Notes: generated by a model not told the origin, from the letters alone. A DNA stretch of 64,000 bases from an uncultured Clostridia bacterium (GCA_934476675.1 CAKSOE010000007.1:1-64000); one strand, 5' to 3'. Counted from the first letter of the stretch, positions 36,241 to 45,248 are shown. Program-made: numbers and translations.

Positions 36241-36867
36241 ATGAAAAATTTAATATTCGGATATGTTCGTGTTTCTAGTGCAGACCAAAACGAAGAACGG
36301 CAACTGCAAGACTTGAAAAATGCAGGAGTTGAAGAAAGAAACATTTTTATAGATAAAGCAAGCGGCAAAACCTTTGAGCGTGATAGCTATAAAGCTATGA
36401 TTAGCAGATTAAGAGAGGGCGATTTGGTTGTTATTGCTTCATTGGATAGACTGGGAAGAAGTTATATAGAAATTCAAAAGCAATGGAGCTATATTACGCA
36501 GACAATAAAAGCAGATATTAAAATTTTAGATATGCCGCTGCTTGATACAAGCACAGCTACTGAAAATATAGACAGACGATTTATAGCTGATTTGGTTTTA
36601 CAGATATTATGTTACACAGCAGAGAAAGAAAGAGAGAACATTCGCAAGCGACAGCGGCAAGGAATTGATGTAATGCCGATTGTTGACGGTCAAAGGGTAT
36701 CGACAAAAACAGGCAGACCGACAGGACGACCGAGAGCAGTTAAGCCCGACAACTGGAACGAAATATATACACGCTGGCAAAACAAAGAAATAACAGCCGT
36801 AAAGGCTATGGAGATTTTGAATTTAAAGCCGAATACTTTTTATAAATTTGCGGCAAGTGAGAAATAA
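36241..36867 (+). CDS. small serine recombinase (resolvase/invertase family, 208 aa)
   Basis: N-terminal resolvase catalytic domain (IFGYVRVSSADQNEERQ..; ..GDLVVIASLDRLGRS) + C-terminal HTH; ATG start. Confidence 0.8.
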   Translation: MKNLIFGYVRVSSADQNEERQLQDLKNAGVEERNIFIDKASGKTFERDSYKAMISRLREGDLVVIASLDRLGRSYIEIQKQWSYITQTIKADIKILDMPLLDTSTATENIDRRFIADLVLQILCYTAEKERENIRKRQRQGIDVMPIVDGQRVSTKTGRPTGRPRAVKPDNWNEIYTRWQNKEITAVKAMEILNLKPNTFYKFAASEK

Positions 36868-36895
36868 AAACTATGATATGTAAGGAGTAACAACT

Positions 36896-38422
36896 ATGTA
36901 TGCAGTAATATACGCACGATACAGCAGTGATAAACAACGTGAAGAATCTATTGAGGGGCAATTGGAAGTATGCCGTAAATATGCCGAAAGCAACGGTTAT
37001 GAAATTATTGATACATATATAGACCGTGCCAAAAGTGCAAAGACAGATGACCGCCCATATTTTTTAAAGATGATTAAGGACAGTGAAGAAAAACATTTTC
37101 AAGCTATAATTGTATATCAGCTTGATAGATTTTCACGCAACAGATATGATAGCGCAAAATATAAAACTATTTTAAAGAGAAATGGGGTTACGGTTTATTC
37201 GGCAAATGAAAATATTGCCGATAATGCAAGCGGAGTATTGCTTGAAAGCCTTATAGAAGGACTATCAGAATATTACAGTGCCGAATTAGCCGAGAAAGTT
37301 AATCGGGGTATGAATGTTAATGCTAAAAAATGTCTTTCAAACGGCGGCACTACCCCTCTTGGTTACAAGATAGAAAATCATAAATATGTTATAGATAAGC
37401 AAATGGCACCCGTTATAAAAGAAATATTTGAAAAATATGCCGACGGTGTAACAATAAAAGAAATTTGCGCCGATTTGAACGCCAGAGGTATTAAAAAGCC
37501 AAACGGAACTACATTTAATAAAAATTCATTTAGCGCTATATTAAAAAACAGAAAGTATTTAGGGATATACATATTTAGGGATATAGAAAAACCCGGTGGT
37601 ATGCCGCAAATAATTGATGAAGATTTATTCAATAAGGTTGCAGAAAGAATGAAAGCAAACAAATTAGCTCCCGCCCGAACAAGAGCAAAAGCCGAATATT
37701 TGCTTACGGGCAAGCTGTTTTGCGGCTACTGCAAAGAAATGATGATAGGACACAGTTCAAATAAAACGAGTAAGAATGGTATAATATATAATTATTATAA
37801 ATGCAAAAACAGTGGCAGAAGTAAATCGTGTCATAAGAAAATGGTGATGAAAGATTATATAGAGGACGCTGTCATTGATGAATGCCGTAAAATTCTTACA
37901 CCCTCAAATATAAAGAAAATAGCAAAGGAAGTATCGAAAATATCAAAAAATTATGATGATACCACTGAATTGAAAAGACTGGATATGTGTGTAAAAGCAA
38001 AAGAAGCTGAAATAGAAAATCAAATGAAGTCGCTTCGACTTTGTAGTGTTGATTCGGTACGTAACATGATTTTCAGCGATTTAGAAATTCTATCAAAAGA
38101 ATTGGAAAATTTAAAATTACAGCTTACCAAAGAGCAAAGTCGCCATAAAATTATAACTCCCGAACAGGTCGAAGCGTTTTTAACTGCCTTATCAAATGGA
38201 AATATAAATGATATAGTATATTGCAGAACGCTTATTAAAGTATTGGTAAATAAAATCTACTTGTATGATGATAAAGTCACGATAACATTTAATTCGGGCG
38301 ATGAAGAAGTGACAATCACCGACAAACTGCTCTCAAAAATAGAAACAGGATTAAATAGTGATTCAGTTTGTTTATTAAACCATGAGGTGTACCACGAAAC
38401 ACCGCATAAACACTACGTTTAA
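36896..38422 (+). CDS. large serine recombinase (508 aa)
   Basis: TAAGGAG RBS; MYAVIYARYSSDKQREESIEGQLE catalytic Ser motif, recombinase domain, Cys-rich zinc-ribbon region (CGYCKEMMIGHSS..YYKCKNSGRSKSCHKK), C-terminal coiled coil. Confidence 0.85.
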   Translation: MYAVIYARYSSDKQREESIEGQLEVCRKYAESNGYEIIDTYIDRAKSAKTDDRPYFLKMIKDSEEKHFQAIIVYQLDRFSRNRYDSAKYKTILKRNGVTVYSANENIADNASGVLLESLIEGLSEYYSAELAEKVNRGMNVNAKKCLSNGGTTPLGYKIENHKYVIDKQMAPVIKEIFEKYADGVTIKEICADLNARGIKKPNGTTFNKNSFSAILKNRKYLGIYIFRDIEKPGGMPQIIDEDLFNKVAERMKANKLAPARTRAKAEYLLTGKLFCGYCKEMMIGHSSNKTSKNGIIYNYYKCKNSGRSKSCHKKMVMKDYIEDAVIDECRKILTPSNIKKIAKEVSKISKNYDDTTELKRLDMCVKAKEAEIENQMKSLRLCSVDSVRNMIFSDLEILSKELENLKLQLTKEQSRHKIITPEQVEAFLTALSNGNINDIVYCRTLIKVLVNKIYLYDDKVTITFNSGDEEVTITDKLLSKIETGLNSDSVCLLNHEVYHETPHKHYV

Positions 38423-38462
38423 GCGGTGTTTTTATTTTTGTAAAAATCCTAAAATTTCACTT

Positions 38463-38510
38463 CTGACTATATTTTGACTATCAGAGCAAAAATTTTTGAC
38501 TATATTTTTG
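38463..38510. repeat. three direct TGACTATAT(T)TT repeats downstream of large serine recombinase gene
   Basis: ctgactatattttgactatcagagcaaaaatttttgactatatttttg. Confidence 0.4.
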
Positions 38511-38568
38511 CCATTAAAAATGCCTGTCGGAACGATGAATAAAAGATGAATATATTGCATAATAAACC

Positions 38569-38594
38569 GAGGGTGTAATTTGTGTTACACCCTC
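38569..38594. repeat. perfect 10-bp inverted repeat GAGGGTGTAA-tttgtg-TTACACCCTC near right end of element
   Basis: read directly; followed by T-rich tract (possible terminator or att-associated site). Confidence 0.4.
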
Positions 38595-38699
38595 AGCGTA
38601 TCATTTACTTTTTTGTGGCAGCAGGTTTTTTATATTTTTTAGGATAATACTTTTTAATTATTTCCTCTTTGGCATAATCCCCTGCATCTTTATTACTTA

Positions 38700-38945
38700 C
38701 TATGTGCGGATTACTTCAAGAAATTTTATGTAATCCTCCGCCGTTGATACGCAGCCGTCTTCGCCGCTTTCATACTTTGTACCTATTCTGAATACATTGT
38801 CCTTTGTACATTCCTCAACCTTATCGGTTTCGAGATTATATTTATGGTGATTAACAAGCTTATTTGTTTCATCAATCAGAAAAACTGAATTTTCCATTCC
38901 GCACACGTCAAAAATGTTCTTTTTTGACAACTGCAGAAACTGCAT
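38700..38945 (-). CDS. orphan 81-aa ORF, possibly a gene fragment at element/chromosome junction
   Basis: ATG but no RBS; no recognisable domain; sits where AT-rich island ends; low confidence. Confidence 0.2.
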   Translation of the reverse strand: MQFLQLSKKNIFDVCGMENSVFLIDETNKLVNHHKYNLETDKVEECTKDNVFRIGTKYESGEDGCVSTAEDYIKFLEVIRT

Positions 38946-38957
38946 ATAATCCGATAC

Positions 38958-38986
38958 TTGACAACTGCGCTGAAATATAATATAAT
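38958..38986 (+). promoter_or_regulatory. consensus promoter TTGACA-17-TATAAT
   Basis: ttgaca actgcgctgaaatataa tataat; ~45 nt upstream of GGAGGT RBS of 39034 gene. Confidence 0.55.
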
Positions 38987-39033
38987 AATATAAATTATGC
39001 CGTTGTATAAGCGGTATTTCGGAGGTATATCAT

Positions 39034-39516
39034 ATGCAGGAATGTCGGACAGGCGGCATGAGGGAATTTATTTTTTCCGTCATATGGTCGGTATTGATTT
39101 TGTTTTTCGGAAGATACATCATTTTTATGCTTCCTGCGTACAAAATAGCCGGCGCGATTTTTACCGTCATACTTTTCTGCATACTCGGCTTTTTCGTACT
39201 CACAAGGTATGCCGCCGTTTTTACATACACGCTTAAAGGCTATAATCTCAGAATCAACCGCAGAATAGGCGGCAGAAACAAGGAGCTTGAAATAAAACTG
39301 TCCGAGGCTGAAAGCATTTACAAACACAAGCCGCACGTGCATTTAAAGCGGCGCTGTATATATATGATGTGCTCGAGTGTTTTTTTGTGCAAAAAACGCA
39401 GATATATCGTGTACCGACACGGCAGTATACACGGAATGATAGTATTTGAACCATCCGGGGAAATGTTTCGTAAAATCAATGAGCTTATGCAGGGGGCACA
39501 AACAGATAAGGAGTAA
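39034..39516 (+). CDS. membrane protein (two N-terminal TM helices + small cytoplasmic domain; YcxB-like architecture)
   Basis: GGAGGT RBS; FIFSVIWSVLILFFGRYIIFML and IAGAIFTVILFCILGFFVL helices; 7 nt upstream of ricT. Confidence 0.5.
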   Translation: MQECRTGGMREFIFSVIWSVLILFFGRYIIFMLPAYKIAGAIFTVILFCILGFFVLTRYAAVFTYTLKGYNLRINRRIGGRNKELEIKLSEAESIYKHKPHVHLKRRCIYMMCSSVFLCKKRRYIVYRHGSIHGMIVFEPSGEMFRKINELMQGAQTDKE

Positions 39517-39522
39517 ACCGTA

Positions 39523-40374
39523 ATGGTAGATATAATCGGAGTAAAATTTAAGCAGTCGGGTAAAATGTACTATTTTGACCCGATGGGATTTGAAATACAC
39601 GAGGGCGACCACGTAATCGTGGAAACAAGCCGCGGCGTGGAATACGGCAACGTGGTTTCCGGCAGAAAGCAGATTGATGCCAATGTGCTGTCAAAGCCGT
39701 TAAAAGGCGTGTTGCGCATTGCTACGAAAGAGGACGAGCAGCGCCGTTTGGAGGTTAAGCAAAAGGAAAAAGATGCTTTTTCAGTGTGTCTTGAAAAAAT
39801 CAGAGAACACAAACTGGAAATGAAGCTGATTGACGCAGAATACACTTTTGATTGCAGTAAACTGCTTTTCTACTTCACCGCCGACGGAAGAATAGACTTC
39901 CGCGAACTGGTAAAAGACCTTGCAACAGTATTCAGAACAAGAATCGAACTGCGTCAGATAGGCGTCAGAGACGAATCCAAGGCAATCGGCAGTATAGGCG
40001 CGTGCGGCAGAAATCTGTGTTGTTCACAGTTTCTTGACGAATTTGTTCCCGTATCGATTAAAATGGCAAAAGAACAGGGGTTATCCCTTAATCCCACAAA
40101 AATTTCCGGTGCGTGCGGCAGACTGATGTGCTGTCTTAAATACGAACAGGATATGTATGAGGAACTGTCTGATGAGGCTCCCAAGCAGGGCGATACGGTG
40201 GATACGGAATACGGCGAAGGTGTTGTTGAGTCAATATCGCTGCTCCGAAGGATTGCAAAGGTTAAGTTTGAAACAGAAGCTGAAAAAACCATTCGCGACA
40301 TAACTTTTGACGACATAAAACCCGTCAAAGCGCGAAAAAAACACAAGCAATCCCACAAAGAAAAGAAAGATTAA
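39523..40374 (+). CDS. ricT: PSP1-domain 'stage 0 sporulation' protein RicT/YaaT
   Basis: MVDIIGVKFKQSGKMYYFD...; paired Cys motifs GACGRNLCCSQFL and GACGRLMCCLKYEQD characteristic of YaaT Fe-S ligands. Confidence 0.85.
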   Translation: MVDIIGVKFKQSGKMYYFDPMGFEIHEGDHVIVETSRGVEYGNVVSGRKQIDANVLSKPLKGVLRIATKEDEQRRLEVKQKEKDAFSVCLEKIREHKLEMKLIDAEYTFDCSKLLFYFTADGRIDFRELVKDLATVFRTRIELRQIGVRDESKAIGSIGACGRNLCCSQFLDEFVPVSIKMAKEQGLSLNPTKISGACGRLMCCLKYEQDMYEELSDEAPKQGDTVDTEYGEGVVESISLLRRIAKVKFETEAEKTIRDITFDDIKPVKARKKHKQSHKEKKD

Positions 40375-40509
40375 TAATCTTATACAAAATATTACGGTTC
40401 TTATTGCATAATATTCCACAATAAAACTATTGAAGTATTTAAAAAAATGTGGTACAATCACTGTATAGAACCGTGCTATAATACGGCAGATTAAGGAGGT
40501 GTATCTGTA

Positions 40510-40683
40510 ATGGCATACGTTATTGATTCAGATGCTTGCATCAGCTGCGGCGCTTGCGCGGGTGAATGTCCCGTAAGCGCAATCAGCGAAGGCGACAGCG
40601 CATATATAATCGATGCTGATACTTGCATCGAGTGCGGCGCTTGCGCAGGTGTTTGTCCCGTAGGCGCTCCCTCACAGGACTAA
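40510..40683 (+). CDS. fdx: 2[4Fe-4S] clostridial-type ferredoxin (57 aa)
   Basis: TAAGGAGG RBS; MAYVIDSDACISCGACAGECPVSAI...IDADTCIECGACAGVCPVGA two CxxCxxCxxxCP motifs; below track size cut-off. Confidence 0.8.
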   Translation: MAYVIDSDACISCGACAGECPVSAISEGDSAYIIDADTCIECGACAGVCPVGAPSQD

Positions 40684-40744
40684 TTAAGCTTAACCGGCGC
40701 TGTACCGGTTACAAAAGCCGTTAACGGCTTTTACAAAAAAAATT

Positions 40745-40793
40745 AAAGCGCTGCTTAGTTTTTCTTACTTATTTTGCAGCGCTTTATTTTTGT
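40745..40793 (+). terminator. rho-independent terminator after ferredoxin
   Basis: aaagcgctgc-ttagtttttcttacttattt-gcagcgcttt + ATTTTTGTTATTT. Confidence 0.6.
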
Positions 40794-40817
40794 TATTTGA
40801 GAAAACGGAGAAGATTT

Positions 40818-42713
40818 ATGAAAAAAATTACGGTTGGGGTAATTTCTGTGCTTAGCGCCCTGCTTTTATGCGGCTGCGACAAAGCGCTTGTTACGGAGGA
40901 TTTCAAAGCTCCTCTGCCCTCAAACAGCATTACCCATACAATTTATATATATATGAGCGGCGGCGACGCAGAGTCCGATTACGGCAGTGCGACCGAGGCT
41001 CTGCGCGAAATGACAAAGGCTGAATACACCGAAAACGTTAGGGTTATCGTTGAAACCGGCGGCAGCAATATGTGGCATGACGATAATATTTCGGCTGATA
41101 AGCTGGAAAGATTTGAAGTTCACGAAGGCGGCTTACATAAAATCGAAAGTATTGACGATGATAATATGGGAACGTCAAAAACGCTTATCGATTTTCTCAA
41201 ATGGGGAAATGAAAACTATCCCTCAAAGGACAGAACGCTTATAATATGGGGTCAGGGTGGCGGCTGTACAGGCGGTGCGGCATACGATGCGCGCCATAAT
41301 TACGACAGTCTTACTCCCGGTGAGATAGGCTATGCCCTGAGCCGCAGCGGCGTTAATTACAGCATGGTCGGATTTGACGCGTGCATGATGTCCTCCGTCG
41401 AAACGGCGGCGGCAATTGCCCCCTACGCTTCATATATGACTGCCAGCGAAGAATATCAGCCGTGCGGCTGGGATTATGAATCAATTTTCAAATACATTGT
41501 TCAAAATCCGACAGCTCCGACACGCGATATCGGAAAAATAATATGCGATTCCTACTATAATAAATGTGTTGACATGAAACAGGAGGATTCCGTTTCGATA
41601 GCCGTTACGGACTTATCGAAAATATCTGCGCTTACACAGGCATTTGACGGACTTTCTAACAGTTTGAGAACTGTTTTTGACAGCCTTGAACGCTGCCGTG
41701 ACTATGCGCTCGCATTCAAAAATGTGCATTATGTGGGCGGAAAATCGGAGGATGAAGGGTACTCCAATATGCTTGACCTTTCAGATTTTTCAAAACAGGT
41801 TTCCGCTGTATGCGGCTACACTCCCGAACGCATTGAAGAAACGCTCAATGAAGCGGTTGTTCATCATGTCAGCGGCACTCTTACCAATTACACACGCGGC
41901 TTGGGAATATTTTATCCTATAAGACAAAATGCTGATGAACTGAAAAAATATTTTGAAATCACGCCCTCGGACAATTATTCGGATTTTCTGCGCCGCGCGT
42001 GTGCAAAAACGGAGCTTAACGACGGCGGATTAAAATATGATTCCACCGCCGCATGGAAAGCTTACTCAAACGAAACGGCATATTTTCAATATGCTTCAAA
42101 AATCGAAAACAACTGCTATGAGCTTAACATAACCGGAAATATGGATATTGTTGATGAGGTCGGACTCGGAATATACCGTTACGACGACACAACCGGAAAA
42201 TATATGTACATCGGCAGCGACAGCGGTCTTACCATTGACCGCGCCGCAGGGATTTACAAGGACGACGACAATATGCATTGTCTGACGCTCAATAATCACC
42301 CCGTTGCCGCTTATGTTATAGACAAAGGCGAAAACTATCTGCTTTATTCTATACCTGCGTATGTTGACGGTGTTTCCGGCAATATACGCGCCGCATACAT
42401 CACAAGGAACAACAGAAGCAGGTTTAAGGTTTACGGATTCTGGCGCGGCATCAACGCCGCTTATGGCATATCTGATAAAAATACCGTAAAATTAAAGCCG
42501 TACCAAAGTATTGAGCCGTTCAGCCGTTCGTACGACAGCGGCGAATACTACAAAATGAAAAAAATGACTGCATTGTTCACTTCGATTAAAAATCGTCCGC
42601 TGCCGGACGGCGAATACAAAATAGATTACATTCTTAAAGATATATACGGCAAAATCATCAAAGCTGACCCGTCCGTGATGAAGGTAAACGGCGGCAAGCA
42701 TGAAAAATCCTGA
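40818..42713 (+). CDS. clostripain-family (C11) cysteine peptidase lipoprotein
   Basis: GGAGAAG RBS + ATG 40818 (track start is TTG); MKKITVGVISVLSALLLCGC lipobox; C11 hallmarks IYIYMSGGD..., His in IIWGQGGG region and catalytic Cys in GFDACMMSSVE. Confidence 0.8.
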   Translation: MKKITVGVISVLSALLLCGCDKALVTEDFKAPLPSNSITHTIYIYMSGGDAESDYGSATEALREMTKAEYTENVRVIVETGGSNMWHDDNISADKLERFEVHEGGLHKIESIDDDNMGTSKTLIDFLKWGNENYPSKDRTLIIWGQGGGCTGGAAYDARHNYDSLTPGEIGYALSRSGVNYSMVGFDACMMSSVETAAAIAPYASYMTASEEYQPCGWDYESIFKYIVQNPTAPTRDIGKIICDSYYNKCVDMKQEDSVSIAVTDLSKISALTQAFDGLSNSLRTVFDSLERCRDYALAFKNVHYVGGKSEDEGYSNMLDLSDFSKQVSAVCGYTPERIEETLNEAVVHHVSGTLTNYTRGLGIFYPIRQNADELKKYFEITPSDNYSDFLRRACAKTELNDGGLKYDSTAAWKAYSNETAYFQYASKIENNCYELNITGNMDIVDEVGLGIYRYDDTTGKYMYIGSDSGLTIDRAAGIYKDDDNMHCLTLNNHPVAAYVIDKGENYLLYSIPAYVDGVSGNIRAAYITRNNRSRFKVYGFWRGINAAYGISDKNTVKLKPYQSIEPFSRSYDSGEYYKMKKMTALFTSIKNRPLPDGEYKIDYILKDIYGKIIKADPSVMKVNGGKHEKS

Positions 42714-42723
42714 GGAGGATAAA

Positions 42724-44022
42724 ATGCATACAGATGAAACAAAAAAGCTTATAGCTTTTCTCGAAAAAAGTCCCGACTGTTTCAGTGCAGCGGCAAACAT
42801 TGCTAAAACTCTTGAAAATAACGGTTTTACCCGCCTTTACGAAAGCGAAAAATGGGATATACAACCCGGCGGAAAATATTTTGTTATGCGGAATATGTCG
42901 TCAATAACAGCGTTTAAAATCCCCGTTTCCGTTCCGCCGTGCATAATTGCAGCAGCAGCTCACAGTGATTCGCCGTCATTTAAAATAAAACCGTCGCCGG
43001 AGATGGAGTCGGAGGGTTATGTCAGACTCAATACGGAGGGGTACGGCGGAATGATTGATTCGTCATGGCTTGACAGACCGCTTTCCGTTTCGGGCAGAAT
43101 ATCCGTTAAAGCAGAAAACGGTATAGAAACAAAAGCAGTGAATATAAACCGAGATTTGGTTCTGATACCCAATCTGTGCATACATATGAACAGAAATATC
43201 AACAAAGGCTATGAATATAATCATCAGCGCGATTTGATACCGCTTTTCGGCTCGGAAAAGGGATTTATGCGGATTGTTGCCGAAATCGCCGGCGTTGATG
43301 AGGATAAAATATGCGGTCACGACTTATTTTTGTACAACCGCACACCGGGAACAATCTGGGGCGGAAACAATGAATATTTTTCCTGTGGCAGAATTGATGA
43401 TTTGCAGTGTGCGTATGCGCTGTGCGAGGGATTTTTACGTGCCGGCATGACGGACGCATTACAGATTATAGCCGTTTTTGACAACGAAGAAACGGGCAGC
43501 AGTACCAGGCAGGGCGCAAAATCGGATTTTCTCCGCGGTACGCTTGAAAGAATTTTTTCGCTTTTCCCCAAGGATTCATACAGACGCGCGATAGCAAACG
43601 GATTTATGGTTTCGGCAGATAACGGTCATGCCGTTCACCCAAACCATTCCGATAAATCTGATCCGGCTAACCGTGTTTATATGAACAAGGGCATTGTAAT
43701 CAAGTACAATGCCGAGGGCAGCTACACTACGGACAGCATTTCCGAGGCGATTATGAAGCTTATATGCGAGAAAGCCGATGTTCCGTATCAGACCTTTACA
43801 AACCGCAGCGATATGCGCGGTGGCTCAACCCTCGGCAATCTTTCGGGCAATCAGGTATCAATTAATACCGTTGATATAGGTCTTGCACAACTTGCCATGC
43901 ACTCTGCATACGAAACGGCAGGCACTATGGATACGGAATACTTAATCCGTGCAATGACGGAGCTTTTTAATACCGTCATAGAAATCAAAGAGGACAAGCT
44001 GATTAATTTCAGGAGGTGTTAA
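42724..44022 (+). CDS. M18-family aminopeptidase
   Basis: GGAGG RBS immediately after C11 stop; MHTDETKKLIAFLEKSP...; HSDSPSFKIKP and VFDNEETGS metal-ligand motifs. Confidence 0.8.
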   Translation: MHTDETKKLIAFLEKSPDCFSAAANIAKTLENNGFTRLYESEKWDIQPGGKYFVMRNMSSITAFKIPVSVPPCIIAAAAHSDSPSFKIKPSPEMESEGYVRLNTEGYGGMIDSSWLDRPLSVSGRISVKAENGIETKAVNINRDLVLIPNLCIHMNRNINKGYEYNHQRDLIPLFGSEKGFMRIVAEIAGVDEDKICGHDLFLYNRTPGTIWGGNNEYFSCGRIDDLQCAYALCEGFLRAGMTDALQIIAVFDNEETGSSTRQGAKSDFLRGTLERIFSLFPKDSYRRAIANGFMVSADNGHAVHPNHSDKSDPANRVYMNKGIVIKYNAEGSYTTDSISEAIMKLICEKADVPYQTFTNRSDMRGGSTLGNLSGNQVSINTVDIGLAQLAMHSAYETAGTMDTEYLIRAMTELFNTVIEIKEDKLINFRRC

Positions 44023-44023
44023 T

Positions 44024-44989
44024 ATGACTTTATATAATTGTGTGTGGATTGTACTTATATACGGTTTTTTAGGCTGGTGTACGGAGGTTGTTTTTGCGGC
44101 GGTCAATTCGGGAAAATTTATAAACCGCGGCTTTATGAACGGTCCGATATGCCCGATATACGGCTTTGGTATGCTTATTATCGGCACTCTGCTCTCCCCT
44201 GTCTCCGATAACGCACTGCTGCTTTTCGTTTGCTCGGTGATACTTACCTCTGCGCTTGAATTTATAACGGGCTGGATTTTGGAAAAGCTGTTCCACGATA
44301 AGTGGTGGGATTATTCGGATATGCCGTTTAATATAAAAGGGTATATCTGCCTTAAATTTTCGCTTTTGTGGGGGCTTGCCTGTCTGCTTGTTATGAAAAC
44401 TCTGTATCCGTTTACAAATTCGGTTATAGAGCATTTTCCGCGCATAGCAGGTATTATTATTCTTATTGTGCTCGTTGCGGTATTCATCACCGATTTTCTG
44501 ATTACGCTTATTGCCAGTCTTAAATTTGCACAGCACATGGATAAGCTTAAAGAGGTTGAACGCGCTTTAAACGCTGTTTCGGAGGAAATCGGCGAGGGAC
44601 TGTTTGACGGTGTACAGGCTATTAGAGAAACCTCGGAGAAAAGCGCTGCGGAGTTCAGAGAAAAGAGCAGACAGATTGCCGAAAAGAATGCTGCCGATAT
44701 TGCCGAACTTAAAGAAAAAAGCAGGCAATTTGCAGAGAAAAACGCTTTGGAGCTTGCCGAGCTTAAAGAAAAAGGAAAACAGCTTGCTGAAAAGAACGCT
44801 GCCGATATTGCCGAACTTAAAGAAAAAAGGAAACAGCTTATTGAGAAGTATTCGGCGCTGCTTAAGCACAACAGGCGCATTAACAGACGTCTTGTACGTG
44901 CGTTCCCAAATTTAAGGAATAACCGTTACAAGGAATGGCTTGAAAATCTTAAAAAGCTAAGAGAGCTAAAAGAACATAACAAGGATTAA
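44024..44989 (+). CDS. polytopic membrane protein (DUF1113 'putative ABC-transporter type IV'-like N-domain; tentative) with repetitive C-terminal coiled coil
   Basis: AGGAGG RBS overlapping upstream stop; GFLGWCTEVVF...NGPICPIYGFGMLIIG motifs; C-terminal EKSRQIAEKNAADIAELKEK x3.5 repeats. Confidence 0.55.
   Translation: MTLYNCVWIVLIYGFLGWCTEVVFAAVNSGKFINRGFMNGPICPIYGFGMLIIGTLLSPVSDNALLLFVCSVILTSALEFITGWILEKLFHDKWWDYSDMPFNIKGYICLKFSLLWGLACLLVMKTLYPFTNSVIEHFPRIAGIIILIVLVAVFITDFLITLIASLKFAQHMDKLKEVERALNAVSEEIGEGLFDGVQAIRETSEKSAAEFREKSRQIAEKNAADIAELKEKSRQFAEKNALELAELKEKGKQLAEKNAADIAELKEKRKQLIEKYSALLKHNRRINRRLVRAFPNLRNNRYKEWLENLKKLRELKEHNKD
44650..44850 (+). repeat. ~57-60-nt tandem repeat x3.5 (coding; 19-20-aa coiled-coil units)
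   Basis: gagaaaagagcagacagattgccgaaaagaatgctgccgatattgccgaacttaaa and two near-copies. Confidence 0.6.
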
Positions 44990-45010
44990 ATTCATATAAT
45001 AGAATATGTA

Positions 45011-45058
45011 CGGCTGCTGCCTTTTTTGAACATTAACCGAAAGTGCAGCAGCTTTTTA
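45011..45058 (+). terminator. rho-independent terminator
   Basis: cggctgctgc-cttttttgaacattaaccgaaagt-gcagcagc + TTTTTAT. Confidence 0.55.
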
Positions 45059-45095
45059 TATGTGACGTTTTTGGCGTAGAAACGGGGGATTTTAT

Positions 45096-45248
45096 ATGGA
45101 AGCCTGCCCGAATGTTGTCGCGATAGCTGCACTCAGCTGTCAGCTTGCGCAATGCCTTACCGATGAGGAGCTTGAAATGCTTGCCGCCGATTTGACTGTG
45201 CTGGCAGACTCTCTCGCCGCAATTGCGGTACGCCGAGCTGCCAAATAG
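45096..45248 (+). CDS. small GC-rich ORF (50 aa), hypothetical
   Basis: GGGGGA RBS; MEACPNVVAIAALSCQLAQCLTDEELEMLAADLTVLADSLAAIAVRRAAK; GC-rich island in AT-rich spacer; speculative. Confidence 0.3.
   Translation: MEACPNVVAIAALSCQLAQCLTDEELEMLAADLTVLADSLAAIAVRRAAK

Larger units (their letters stand above)
30440..38700. mobile_element. ~8.3-kb AT-rich integrative element 3' of tRNA-Lys (RCR Rep, cI/Cro-like switch, small + large serine recombinases, unknown cargo)
   Basis: Abrupt drop in GC immediately after tRNA-Lys terminator until ~38.7 kb; gene content Rep (HUH), divergent XRE regulators, tandem serine recombinases; consensus promoters; boundaries approximate (no tRNA direct repeat found at far end). 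Confidence 0.6.

Noticed and set aside
38423-38700. Direct repeat of tRNA-Lys 3' end (attR) at right end of island
   Set aside because: Searched by eye for GGTTCGAGCCCCC/GATGGCGTACCA-like sequence; none found. Element boundaries are therefore left approximate, and integration may be serine-recombinase mediated at a non-tRNA site.
38995-39342. 115-aa minus-strand ORF
   Set aside because: It overlaps the plus-strand membrane protein gene (39034-39516), which has a consensus promoter, a GGAGGT RBS and TM helices. The minus ORF lacks an RBS.
44069-44880. Minus-strand ORFs (44069-44536, 44311-44880, 44567-44869) and plus 44604-44915
   Set aside because: They arise from the coding tandem repeats of the coiled-coil region. 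The plus-strand membrane protein with RBS is the real gene.
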